Source: Octopus sinensis
Taxonomy: Eukaryota
DNA length: 64,000 nt
Direction of reading: 5' to 3'
NCBI RefSeq assembly: GCF_006345805.1
Contig: NC_043012.1
Span: forward strand, 34,720,001 to 34,784,000
Shown: positions 51,470 to 63,982 of the stretch, in pieces
Layout: the number at the start of each line of letters is the position of its first letter
Position numbering within the stretch: position 1 is the first letter of the stretch
The notes under the pieces: model-generated
The model's input: only the letters and a program-made list of their open reading frames with translations
Told to the model about the DNA's origin: nothing
Database searches by the model: none
Made by a program: the position numbers and the translations under genes

Positions 51470-52311
51470 AAACATGTAGCCTTTAAAACCATGAAAGAAG
51501 CTTTTCCAGAAGTTGAAATAAAGGGATGTTTTTTTTTTTCCATTTAGCACAAAATATGCACAAAAAGATAGTTGCCTGGGTTACACTTTTATGTACAACA
51601 ACGATGCTACCTTTGCACAAAAAGCCAAAATGATTTGAAGTTTGGCATTTGTTCCTATTCCACATATTGATGCGTATATTGACGCCCTCTCTGCGGACAC
51701 ACCTGGAGAACTTGCAACTCTGCTGAATTGGTTCGAAGATAATTATATTGGAAGACCAAATCGACGTGGAAATAGTCGAAGACCTTCACTCCCCCCCCCC
51801 ATGAAATGTGAAATGTTTTCGAGAGGAAGTTCCTCGGGGAAGAACAGATAAATAACCATGCTGAAGCAGCAAGTAGAAGACTCCAAACAGAGCTGGGAAT
51901 GGAGCACTCCATAATATGGAGATTCATAAATGGGCTCCATAAGGTGCACAGAAACCGAGATGCATTTTTTGAGCAACTGATTGGAGATCATCCACTTCCC
52001 CCTAAACTGAAGGCAGATGATAGAATTCGGCATATTCTTTCATCTTTCTCAGAACAATCTCCCACAGAATATCTGAAGGGAATTGCATACAACTTTCAGT
52101 AAATTTCTCAATTAAATTTTAGCCATGTAAATTTCTCAATTACTTTTATTCGAATTTTAAAATTTATGCCATATATTAAATTAATTTTTTATAAATACCT
52201 GATAATGTTGTAAAACGAATAAATTATTTATTAATCAATTTTACTGGCGTTAAGTTGTCTTGGCGTTGAGTTGTCCTGGCGTTGAGTCGGCGGTGTGGAG
52301 TTGTACTGCAC
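51470..52311 (+). mobile_element. Mutator-like (MULE) transposase C-terminal fragment with terminal repeat
   Basis: KEAFPEVEIKGCFF(H)...LAFVPIPHID...LLNWFEDNYIGR...TNNHAEA..RRL...HSIIWRFINGL...EYLKGIAYNFQ*; GGCGTTGAGTTGTC sub-repeats at ~52247-52300. Confidence 0.87.
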
Positions 52312-52653
52312 ACATTAGACCTGACTATCATTACTTGTATTTGAAATTACCTCAAAACACTGTGTAAAACACTTTGGATTAATTAACTAATCTAAGTTGT
52401 TAGCGCATGCAGTTATATAAATTAGATTGACAAGTGAAGCTGAATCCTAGTTTGTACACACAATAAGCAGCTAGAAGATATGAATCTCTCTGTGGACAGA
52501 AAATGAGTATTTTGTGATAAGGTTCTTTGAGTAGAAACTGATCAAATCGCTCCGACTTTTCTGTCCACGGAGAGGTAAGGCTTGATGTGTAACCATGTTT
52601 TGTTTATTAAAAGGTATGCCATAGAATACATTCGAAATTGTGACATCATATAT

Positions 52654-52865
52654 ATTTCTTTATTTCCCACAAGGGGCTACACACAGAGAGGACAAACAAG
52701 GACAGACATAGGTATTAAGTGCGTAACTGGTACTTAATTTATCGACCCGGAAAGGATGAAAGGCAAAGTGGACCTCGGCGGAATTTGAACTCAGAACGTA
52801 ACGGCAGACGAAATACGGCTACGCATTTCGCCCGGCGTGCTAACGTTTCTGCCAGCTCGCCGCCC
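52654..52865 (-). mobile_element. SINE family A with a ~20-bp target-site duplication
   Basis: TCGAA(A)TTGTGACATCATATA at 52632-52652 and 52866-52885. Confidence 0.9.
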
Positions 52866-53477
52866 TCGAATTGTGACATCATATAATGAAGATAGATAAA
52901 GTAGGGAGAAGGAGAAAGAGGCAGGTAAGAATGAGACTAGTAGGGAGAAGAAGGAGAAGGTGGAGAGAAGAAAGCAAGGTAAGAAGACGGAATGAAAGCA
53001 GAGAAATATAAGTGGGGGGAAAAAAAAAAGCAAATATATAAGACTCAAGCTGTAATGCAATAAAACAAGCAGGAAGAAAAATAAGAGCCGGGGAAAGGGA
53101 GAGAGATTTGGAAGAGAGGGAAAAATAGGGAGGAAGGAGAGAGAGAGAGAGAGAGTGAAACGGTGTAGAAGAAGCAATAAGGAGTGGTGTAAGGTTAAGG
53201 TAGTGTAATAGGAATAGATTTGAGGTCAACGCCAGAAGCTTAGATAAATATTGAACTTGAGGGTACAGGTGCTACATAAAAACCTTTCCATTCACTTCCG
53301 AGGGGAATATGTGTCTTTACTCTTCGCTAGCCTTACGTATGACTATGGGGAAGAATCTGTACAGTGTGTGTGTGCGTATTAAGGGTGTTTGGATGCAGGG
53401 AAAACTGGGGGGGGGGCAGTTCTTGTGTCCCTATATGTGTGCGAGTGTGTATAAGGTTATTTGAGTGCATAGAACTT

Positions 53478-54256
53478 GTTATATATTCTTTTCTACTCTA
53501 GGCACAAGGCTCGAAATTTTGGGGGAGGGGGTCAGTCGATTAGATCGACCCCAGTACGCAACTGGTACTTAATTTATCGACTCCGAAAGGGTGAAAGGCA
53601 AAGTCGACCTCGGCGGGATTTGAAATCAAAACGTAAGGACAGACGAAATACCTATTTCTTTACTACCCCCAAGGGGCTACACACAGAGAGGACCAACAAG
53701 GACAGACAAACGGATTAAGTCGATTATATCGACCCCAGTGCGTAACTGGTACTTAATTTATCGACCCCGAAAGGATGAAAGGCAAAGTCGACCTCGGCGG
53801 AATTTGAACTCAAAACGTAAGGACAGACGAAATACCTATTTCTTTACTACTACCCACAAGGGGCTACACACAGAGAGGACAAACAAGGACAGACAAACGG
53901 ATTAAGTCGATTATATCGACCCCAGTGCGTAACTGGTACTTAATTTATCGACCCTGAAAGGATGAAAGGCAAAGTCGACTTCGGCGGAATTTGAACTCAA
54001 AACGTAAGGACAGACGAAATACCTATTTCTTTACTACCCCCAAGGGGCTACACACAGAGAGGACCAACAAGGACAGACAAACGGATTAAGTCGATTATAT
54101 CGACCCCAGTGCGTAATTGGTACTTAATTTATCGATCCCGAAAGGATGAAAGGCAAAGTCGACCTCGGCAGAATTTGAACTCAAAACGTAAGGACAGACG
54201 AAATACTGCTAAGCATTTCGTCAGGAGTGCTAACGATTCTGCCAGCTCGACGCCTT
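53478..54256 (-). mobile_element. SINE family A four-unit concatemer (~180-bp period)
   Basis: Headed unit, two headless type-2 units, one headless type-1 unit; junctions AAAGAAAT|AGGTATTTCGTC. Confidence 0.92.
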
Positions 54257-54941
54257 GAACTTGCTTTATTTTTTGAAAGATGGTAGGTTGCAATTTGAGG
54301 AAGGTTTGTTTTCTATTTCTAGCTGTTCGAGGGGCCACACAACAACTCCTTCGTTGACTGAATACGTATTGTTTAGCCCCAGGTAAGCTCAGATCGATTT
54401 CATGCCGTTGTTGCTGTTTTTGAAGATGTTCATCCTGTTCTTGTTCTTGTTGGAGTGACTGTGAATTGTTTTGCAGTTGTGGTTTTAGAATAATTTTTTG
54501 TTGATTTCTTGGTGTAAAGCTACGTACTCTCCTCCTCTTTCACCCACCCCCTTTTGTCACTGTGATCCATCGATTGTTCAGCTCTTCTTTCTCCATGTCA
54601 TTGCAAGCTCCACGAGGCTCCGGCAGGGGTGGTGGTGATCCCTGCTGTACTCTTTCGCTCCAACTTTCTCTCACTCTTACTTCCTGTTTCTGTTGTACCT
54701 GTATTTCAAAGGGCCGGCCTTGTCACTCTCTGTGTCACACTGAATATCCCCGAGAACTACGTTAAGGGTGCACGTGTCTGTGGAGTGCTCAGTCACTTAC
54801 ACGTTAATTTCACGAGCAGGCTGTTCCGTTGATTCGGATCAACCGGAACCCTCGCCGTCATAACCGACGGAGTGCTTCCATTCCATTCCGCAGTTGATGT
54901 TGGTTTAGAAGAAAGAGCATTCAGGAGAAACTTTCTTCTCC

Positions 54942-54983
54942 ATGGCAACTGAGTGTAGATTCCTTCTTTGTCTTAGTTTGAGA
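54942..54983 (+). CDS. Candidate first coding exon (MATECRFLLCLSLR)
   Basis: CCATGG start, 14 codons, donor AGA|GTAAGT, phase 0. Confidence 0.28.
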
Positions 54984-55098
54984 GTAAGTATGAACGTGGG
55001 TGTGGGAGTATGTGTAGCTGTCTTGAGCACTTGTTTATGATTTTGCACTTGAGTTTGTACTGCTGGTAGCAGTGGGACATTATTTTCCCTTGTTTCAG

Positions 55099-55147
55099 GG
55101 CAGAAAGCCTTTAAGTGAGGCTTTCTACCCTCCACGAACACTCACAG
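55099..55147 (+). CDS. Candidate 49-nt exon (GRKPLSEAFYPPRTLT)
   Basis: Acceptor TTTTCCCTTGTTTCAG|G, donor CAG|GTGAGT; only phase 0 is open, compatible with the upstream candidate exon. Confidence 0.35.
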
Positions 55148-55477
55148 GTGAGTACTATCCGGGGGATCGATTAGATCGGGCAGCTGGTCGATGTGGTCCT
55201 GCTTGCATTTCAAGGTCACTTCCACACCTATACCTAACCAATTTTGCTAAGGTAGTTTCTTGACCTCCAGCATGGAGATTTTGTCTTCTTCTAAACTTCC
55301 CATGACGGCCGCCACTAACCAAGTAATGGATATTTCTAGCGGCACATTCAGCATCCTAACCTTGGCAAAGCGTTGACTGCGACAGTTGGGGATTAAGAAA
55401 AAATTGTCATTCCTCAAAGTGGTTGCAGAATTGCATCTAGCTTCTTCAAATATATGTATATATATATACATACATGT

Positions 55478-55543
<66 letters not shown>

Positions 55544-55544
55544 C

Positions 55545-55945
55545 GTGCCGGTGACACGTAAAAAGCACCATCCGTTCGTGGCCGTTGCCAGCCTCGCCTG
55601 GCCCCCGTGCCGGTGGCACATAAAAAGCACCATCCGTTCGTGGCACGTAAAAAGCACCATCCGATTGTGGCCGTTGCCAGCCTCGCCTGGCCCCCGTGCC
55701 GGTGGCACGTAAAAAGCACCATCCGTCTGTGGTCATTTGCCAGCTCCGTCTGGCACCTGTGCGGATGGCACGTGAAAAGCACCCACTACATTCACGGAGT
55801 GGTTGGCGTTAGGAAGGGCATCCAGCCGTAGAAACACTGCCAGATCAGACTGGGCCTGATGCAGCCTCCTGGCTTCACAGACCCCAGTTGAACCGTCCAA
55901 CCCATGCTAGCATGGAAAGCGGACACTAAACGATGATGATGATGA
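55545..55945 (+). mobile_element. RTE 3' UTR stub with internal ~60-bp tandem repeats and a (GAT)n tail
   Basis: GTGCCGGTGGCACGTAAAAAGCACC units; shares GTGCCGGTGGCA with the RTE 3' UTR at ~59610; GGAAGGGCATCC motif. Confidence 0.75.
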
Positions 55946-56012
55946 TATATATATACATAATATATATATATATATATATATATAAATATATATATATAAT
56001 ATATAAATATAT

Positions 56013-56043
<31 letters not shown>

Positions 56044-56060
56044 CATATATATATAAATAT

Positions 56061-56141
<81 letters not shown>

Positions 56142-56183
56142 AATATATATATATATACATAAATATATATATATACATAAATT

Positions 56184-56250
<67 letters not shown>

Positions 56251-56255
56251 CATAT

Positions 56256-56470
56256 ATGTCATGTTGATTCGTTAGCTACTGCACGCATTTTTTTTTTCTC
56301 TCCTTCTTTCTGTGTTTTTCTCTCTCTCTGTGTTTCTTTCTGTTGAAGAGCGTAGGCTCGAAACGTTAAGACTTTTTTATTTATATTTCCTGAGCGCCAT
56401 ACTAATACAATTGTTCGTTTGTCTTCCACCTGCCTTCGTCTTTTGTTTATTTTCATAAAGCTTCCCGTTA
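56256..56470 (+). mobile_element. Short (TA)-embedded element, family E, with a hammerhead-like motif (56336-56371)
   Basis: CTTT CTGTTGA A GAGC gtag GCTC GAAA CG TT AAG; homologous to 23190-23395. Confidence 0.68.
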
Positions 56471-56585
56471 TATATATACATATATACATATATATTATAT
56501 ATATTATATTATATATAATATATATATATATATATTACATATTTATTATATAATATAATATATATAAATACATATACATATATAC

Positions 56586-56698
<113 letters not shown>

Positions 56699-56711
56699 TA
56701 TATAAATACAT

Positions 56712-59700
56712 TTAGTGCTTCATCATAGTTTAGCAACCATTATATCAGCCTATGCTCCTCAGTCGGGGCTACCGATGGACAGAAAGACCGATTCTATGAC
56801 ACTCTACTGCAGACTACCTCGTTGACGAACGACAGAGACCTTATCTTTGTGGCTGGTGACTTCAATGGTCACGTTGGACGACATGCTGGGGGCTTCCATG
56901 GCGTACATGGAGGCTATGGCTATGGCTCCCGCAACGAGGAGGGAACCAGGCTGCTGGAGTTCTGCGATGCAAATAATCTTATGATTTGCAACACTAACTT
57001 CAGGAAACCTACCAGCCACTTAGTCACTTACCAATCGGCCCAACATACCAGCCAAATTGACTACATCCTTACAAGGCAAAGGGAGAGATGGCTGCTTATA
57101 AATGCCAAAACCTTCCCAGGTGAAGAATGTACCCCACAACATAGACTGGTAGTTAGTGACTTTAGGATCAGGACTAGGAGGACAACCAGAAGACGACAAA
57201 TATGGAGAAGAAGGATCTGAAGCTTAAAGATCTGCAAATGGACAGAGATTTAGGGACATATTACTTGAAGCCTCTGACGAAGTAGAAGGGATAGAGCATC
57301 ACAGGGGGTAGAAGACAGCTGGACGTTTCTAAGGGACAACCTGCTGAGAGCCACTGACCAGATCTGTGGCTGGTGCAAAGTCCCCTCTCGACCTAGAATA
57401 ACGTGGTGGTGGAACAATATTGTAGACAGGGCTATTAGAGAAAAGAGACAGGCTTGGAAGGTCTGGAAAAATGGGGGTAGCAGGGAATTGTATCAGACTG
57501 CCAAAAGAGAAGCTAGGAGACAGGTTTATTTAGCCAGGGGAAGCAGATAAGAAAAAATTTGCCAATGTTCTGCGCCGTGAGGACCAAAGACTGGAGGTGT
57601 TTCGTGTTGCAAGACAGTGTGTGAGAGAGAATCGTGATGTGGTAGGAGAGAAGTGTGTTCGCATGGAAGATGTTTCACTTGCGCTAAATGAGGATGCAAG
57701 AGAGAGGTTTGGGAGATGCCACTATGAAAGGTTGCTGAATGAAGAAAATGAATGGGATAAAGAGAGTCTGCCGAATGTTGACCCAACAGAGGGACCAGCT
57801 ATCCGAGTTGATAGTTCCGTGGTAGCTAAGGCAATTAGAAGCATGAAGACAGGGAAAGCCCCAGGCCCATCAGGTATCACTGCAGAGATGCTCAAAATGT
57901 CTGGTAGTGTCGGCTATAGCCTAGTCACCCGTATAGTTAATCAGGTGATACACAAAGGGGTCATACCCAATGACTGGTGTAGCAGTATAATAGTCACTGC
58001 TACAAAGGTAAAGGTGATGCCCTAGATACAAATAACTACAGAGGTATCAAGCTGTTGGACCAGGTGATGAAGGTTACGGAGAGGGTCATAGCCCAACTAT
58101 ATTAGAGAGAGAGTTAGTTTAGATGAGATGCAGTTTGGGTTTGTGCCAGGGAAAAGTACTACTGATGCTATATTCCTGGTAAGGCAGCTGCAGGAGAAAT
58201 ACCTAGCCAAAGATAAGCCCCTGTACCTGGCTTTTGTTGACATGGAGAAAGCCTTCGACAGGTCCCCCGATCCCTTATCTGGTGGGCAATGAGGAAACTA
58301 GGGATAGATGAATGGTTAGTGAGAGCTGTGCGGGCCATGTATAGGGACGCCGCTAGTAGGGTGTGGGTTGGAAATGAGTACAGTGAAGAATTCCGGTAGA
58401 GGTAGGGGTCCACCAAGGCTCAGTACTCAGCCCCCTCCTATTTATCATAGTCCTCCAGGCAATAACGGAGGAATTCAAGACAGGATGCCCTTGGGAGCTC
58501 CTCTATGCTGATGACCTTGCTCTAATTGCTGAGTCGCTATCAGAACTGGAGGAGAAGTTTCAGGTGTGGAAACAAGGATTAGAATCGAAGGGCCTCAGAG
58601 TCAATCTAGCTAAAATCCAAAGTCGTAATCAGTAGGAAGGTAGACAAATCACAAACACCTTCAGGTAGATGGCCCTGCTCGATCTGTAGAAAAGGTGTAG
58701 GTAGAAACTCTATAAGATGCACCAAGTGTAAGCTATGGACACATAAGAGATGCAGCAATGTCAAAGGAAGGCTAACTAGGAAGATGGTTTTTGTATGCGG
58801 CAGATGCTCAGGAACAATAAACACTGAAAATGCTCTGAGACCAACTTCCGTCACTTTCCAGGGAGAAAAACTAGAAATAGTTGATAGTTTCCGTTACCTA
58901 GGTGACCAAGTCAGCAGCGGGGGAGGTGTGCTGAAAGTGTAACTGCTAGAGTAAGAATAGCTTGGGCAAAGTTCAGAGAGCTCTTACCTCTGCTGGTGAC
59001 AAAAGCCTCTCGCACAGAGTGAAAGGCAGACTGTATGATGCGTGTGTATGAACAGCCATGCTACATGGCAGTGAAACATGGGCCGTGACTGCTGAGGATA
59101 TGCGTAAGCTTGCTAGAAATGAAGCTAGTATGCTCCGATGGATGTGTAATGCCGGTACTCACACTCGGCAGAGTGTAAGTACCTTGAGAGAAAAGCTGGA
59201 CCTAAGAAGCATCAGTTGTGGTGTGCAAGAGAGACGTTTGCGCGCTGGTATGGTCATGTGGCGAGAATGGATGAAGATAGTTGTGTGAAAAAGTGCCACA
59301 CCCTAGCGGTGAGGGAACCTGTGGAAGAGGCAGACCCAGGAAAACCTGGGACGAGGTGGTGAAGCACGACCTTTGAACTTAGGTCTCACTGAGGAAATGA
59401 CTAGAGACCGAGACCTCTGGAAGTGTGCTGTGCGCGAGAAGACCCGGCAGGACAAGTGAGTCCATAACCGTGGCCTTCTACATGTGATGGAGCCAGCTAC
59501 GTATGCATACCTTCCCTTCTTGGGACACAAAACTCTACTTGTGAAGACGTGTTGAGGCAAGTGAGGATCAGAATCGAAATCGATCAATGGAAATTGCGGA
59601 TGTGCTACCAGTGCCGGTGGCATGTCGAAACTCTGCTTGTGAAGACCCGTTGAGGCAAGTGAGGATCAGAATCGAAATCGATCAATGGAAATCGATCAAT
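56712..59700 (+). mobile_element. RTE-clade LINE, 5'-truncated, multiple frameshifts (APE endonuclease, RT, PHD-like finger, 3' UTR)
   Basis: APE motifs SAYAPQ, GDFNGHVG, QIDYIL, QHRLVV; RT motifs NYRGIKLL, QFGFVPGKSTTDAIF, FVDMEKAFD, GVHQGSVLSPLLF, LLYADDL, FRYLG, LHGSETW. Confidence 0.96.
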
Positions 59701-59786
59701 GGAATCGAACAGGAAATTGTTTCCTTCCAAAAAAAAAATGTCATAAACCTAATAAATATAAAATTTTGAAAAGTCTTATTACCATG

Positions 59787-60110
59787 ACACCTTGGGCAAG
59801 TGTCTTCTACAATAGCCTCGGGCTGACCAAAGCCTTGTTAGTGGATTTGGTAGACAGAAACTGAAAGAAGCCTGTCGTATATATATATATATGCGTTTGT
59901 GTGTCTGTGTTTGTCCCCCTAGCATTGCTTGACAACCGATGCTGGTGTGTTTACGTCCCCGTCACTTAGCGGTTCGGCAAAAGAGACCGATAGAATAAGT
60001 ACTGGGCTTACAAAAGAATAAGTCCCAGGGTCGAGTTACTCGATTAAAGGCGGTGCTCCAGCATGGCCGCAGTCAAATGACTGAAACAAGTAAAAGAGAA
60101 AGAGAAAGAG
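59787..60110 (+). mobile_element. SINE family B, 5'-truncated
   Basis: ACCTTGGGCAAGTGTCTTCTAC...GACTGAAACAAGTAAAAGAG. Confidence 0.85.
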
Positions 60111-60504
60111 ATTACTAAAAATAATAATAATAAAGTGGCCAGCAAGTTGTACCTGTATAGGTAAAATATACAAATAAATTAATTAGGCTACCGGAATACC
60201 ACTTGCTAGAAATAGGAGTTAACAGTCCAAAGCTACAAATTTCTCACTACTAGGAAACATGCACAGTGAATGTAACAGATATAATAAGAATAGGCCTTAC
60301 CTTGTATAAAACAAAAGCAAGAACTGATATCTTGGCATCAATTGAATTTTACCTTTTGTACATTTCTAATTAAGGATCATTAGCCAAGCTTACTGTATTT
60401 ATCTATTTTTCAAAATATTCATTTCATTTTACCATGTGCCTTCCTTAATAGTGAGAAATTTGTGAATTTGATTATTTGTATATAAATATATATATATATT
60501 TATA

Positions 60505-60538
60505 AATATTTTTATTATCATTATTATTATCATTATTA

Positions 60539-60569
<31 letters not shown>

Positions 60570-60636
60570 GTTATCATTATTATTATTATTATTATTATTA
60601 TTGTTGTTATTGTTATTATTATTATTATTATTATTA

Positions 60637-60677
<41 letters not shown>

Positions 60678-60680
60678 TGA
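60505..60680. repeat. (ATT)n microsatellite
   Basis: Directly visible. Confidence 0.95.
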
Positions 60681-61134
60681 TGGTCACATTACACGTATTA
60701 AAGTTTTACTAATAGGTTAACCATCTAAGGGACAATAAATATCCAAGAAACAAATAAACAAGTAAATATATAGATAAATAAAAATATATAAATTAATTAC
60801 AATAAATGAGTGAAAACATACTAAGTATTTTTCCACTCATTTATTATAATTAATTTCTCTATTTTTATTTATCTATTTGCTTATTCCATTAGTTTATTCT
60901 GATTACTTATACATGTGATTGTAATTAATTAATAAATACTTCCAAAATGAATGTTTACAGGCTGATGTTCATCGATTCATTATCCTCTCCATTTTCTTAT
61001 TTGCCTTATAAACTCTGTTTCATCCCCACTAAATACCTATTATTCAATTGCGATACTGCCCCTGCATATAAATACATAGGTATACATCCAGTAGGATATT
61101 GGATATTTACTATCCCTTGGATGGTTGCTTAACC

Positions 61135-61671
61135 TAGACGGGCTTCTTTTGGTTTCCGTCTACCAAATCCACTCAAAAGGCTTTGGTCGGCTCGAGGTTA
61201 TAGTAGAAGATACTTGCCCAAGGTGCCACACAGTGGGATTGAACCCAGAACCATGTGGTTGGTAAGCAATATATATGTATATTACTCTTTTACTTGTTTC
61301 AGTCATTTGACTGCGGCCATGCTGGAGCACCGCCTTTAATCGAGCAACTCGACCCCAGGCCTTATTCTTTTGTAAGCCTAGTAATTAATCTATCGGTCCC
61401 TTTTGCCGAACCGCTAAGTAACAGGGACATAAACGCACCGGCATCGGCTGTCAAGCAGTGCTAGGGGGACAAACACAGACACACAAACACACACACGCAT
61501 ATATATATATGATGGGCTTCTTTCAGTTTCTCTCTACCAAATCCACTCACAAGGCTTTGGTCAGCCCGAGGCTATAGTAGAAGACACTTGCCCAAAGTGC
61601 CACACAGTGGGACTGCACCTGGAACCATGTGGTTGGTAAACAAGCTACTTACCACACAGCCACTCCTGCAC
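61135..61671 (-). mobile_element. SINE family B: partial copy plus full copy
   Basis: Core repeated at 61135-61270 and within 61283-61671. Confidence 0.85.
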
Positions 61672-61684
61672 TATATTGGTAAGC

Positions 61685-61686
<2 letters not shown>

Positions 61687-61717
<31 letters not shown>

Positions 61718-61935
61718 TTAGTGTCTGCTTTCCATGCTGGCATGGGTTGGATGGTTCAACTAGGGTCTAGGAAGCCAGAAGGCTGCACCAGGCCCTGTCT
61801 GATCTGGCAATGTTTCTACGGCTGGATGCTCTTCCTAACGCCAACCACTTCATGAGTGTAGTGGGTGCTTTTTATGTGCCACCAGCACAGGTGCCAGACG
61901 AGGCTGGCAAACGGCCACGATCGGATGGTGCTTTT
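61687..61935 (-). mobile_element. RTE 3' UTR stub
   Basis: Reverse complement of the 55545-55945 family, with an (ATC)n tail on plus. Confidence 0.78.
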
Positions 61936-62509
61936 TATTTTTTTCTAAAATTTTCGTTGCGTCTGACAACTTTTTCAATAGTCGTTGACTCTGTCTGTTA
62001 TCCGAGCTGCGTTCTTTTTATTTGTTTGTGCGCATGTGTGTGGGCCAGAGTGCATGCGTATACACATATGTATGTATGTGTGTGTATGCATGTATGTGTG
62101 CGTATGCATATATATATATATCCGTATGTATACATGTATGTACGTTTGCATATTTGTATTCATGTGTTTATGTGTTCGTCTCTGTTTGTATGTATGTGTG
62201 TGTGTGTGTTTGAGCGTGTATGTGTGTGTATTTTTGTGTGTACCTCTGTCTCCTTGTGTGTGTATGTGGTCATGTGTTTCAGTCTTTATTTGTGTGTGTA
62301 TGTGTGTGCTTGTCTGTCCACATTGCCTATGTACCTGTTTATCTGTTTATCTGTTTACATTCATAGCCATTTACCTACATATATGCACATACACATATAT
62401 ATATATATATATATATATATGCATATATACACAGACACCCACATACACATACACATACATACATCTACATAAAAGCCTATTAATTACTCTACCTGTATAT
62501 ATATATAAA

Positions 62510-63030
62510 TTGTGGGTATTGGGGTATGACTACCTTCTACCTTTATCTCCTATTTAGAACTGGGGATGTTTCATTTGTGAGGAGGTACTGCTGTATTTGT
62601 CTGAGCGTTCGGTTCTTCAGGTGCTTGGATAAAAATGTGGATGTCAAGTCGACCCAGTGTGCCTCGACGTTAGTCTGTGGCATGTTGGTAGAGTATGGAG
62701 GACTGTCTTTTGTTGTCATATTCTCTCAAATATCATTTAGTCTCTCCGCAATGCTCCTAGATGTCTCACCTATGTAAATCATGTTCTTATCTTTACAAGT
62801 ACCTTCTATGCACCTTATACTGTAGACTATATTTCTAGTCCTACAGTTAATGTCAGGTTTAATCATACATACCATGCAGTTATTGGTGCATGTGGTATTC
62901 TCGAAGGAGTATGTCCTACACTGTTGTGATCTGATGGAGCTCCTTGGCTTTCAACGATCTTAATGTTGAGTTTGGCTTTCTTCAGAGATTTCCTAAACCT
63001 ACGGGCTAGTTCTCCAATATCACTCCTTGA
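62510..63030 (-). mobile_element. Second, more degraded copy of the Penelope-like GIY-YIG 3' fragment
   Basis: Colinear with 50375-50910; lacks the 39-bp duplication. Confidence 0.85.
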
Positions 63031-63208
63031 TGTTTGTATGTATATATGTACATATATATACAGTTGAATAAGGTTAAGGCACCTGGTTGGGTCTGAATAA
63101 TGATATAATGTACTTATTGATCAATTAAAAAATTTGTTAGAAATGGCTGTAATGAATTGACACCTGTCTGTCAATTGTTACTTGTGTATTTACATGCATA
63201 CACATAAT

Positions 63209-63420
63209 TCATCATCATCATCATCATCATCATTTAGCGTCCGTTTTCCGTGCTAGCATGGGTTGGATGGTTCGACCAGGGTCTGGAAAGCCAGGAGGCT
63301 GCACCAGGCTTCAATCTGATCTGGCAGTGTTTCTACAGCTGGATGCCCTTCCTAACACCAACCAATCTGTGAGTGTAGTGGGTGCTTTTTTATGTGCCAC
63401 CAGCACAGGTGCCAGGGGAG
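63209..63420 (-). mobile_element. RTE 3' UTR stub
   Basis: Same family as 61687-61935. Confidence 0.78.
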
Positions 63421-63732
63421 GCTGCATAAATAAATATATATATATTACATATAAATGCATAAACACATACTAACAAACATATATATTGACCAACAGAAAT
63501 ACACACACACAAGTTGTAACATCATCTGCAAGATTCGAACTCCCCATCTCCTGTAAACTGTACATATACCTAACAAGTGAGTGAGCAGAACTGTGAAACA
63601 CAGAGTACAGAAAATTATGGGCCCTTCATGTATTAAAGAATACTTTATACTCAAGTATTTAGATCTGTAATTTGACACTTCTCAATGAATCAGCTGATAT
63701 TTTATGTCATATTATGATTCACACACACATAT

Positions 63733-63982
63733 CATCATCATCATCGTTTGACGTCCGCTTTCCATGCTAGCATGGGTTGGATGGTTTGACCGGGGTCTGG
63801 GAAGCCAGGAGGCTGCATCAGGCTCCAGTCTGATCTGGCAGTGTTTCTACAGTTGGATGCCCTTCCTAACACCAACCACTCCGTGAGTGTAGTGGGTGTT
63901 TTTTACGTGCCACCGGCACAGGGGCCAGACGAGGCTGGCAACAGCCACAATCGGTTGGGGCTTTTTACGTGCCACCGGCACA
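63733..63982 (-). mobile_element. RTE 3' UTR stub
   Basis: Same family as 61687-61935. Confidence 0.78.

Noticed and set aside
60295-60325. Minus-strand polypyrimidine-AAG|GTAAGG, a possible recursive splice site
   Set aside because: AAG is a weak acceptor, no host gene is established and no consistent exon frame was found.
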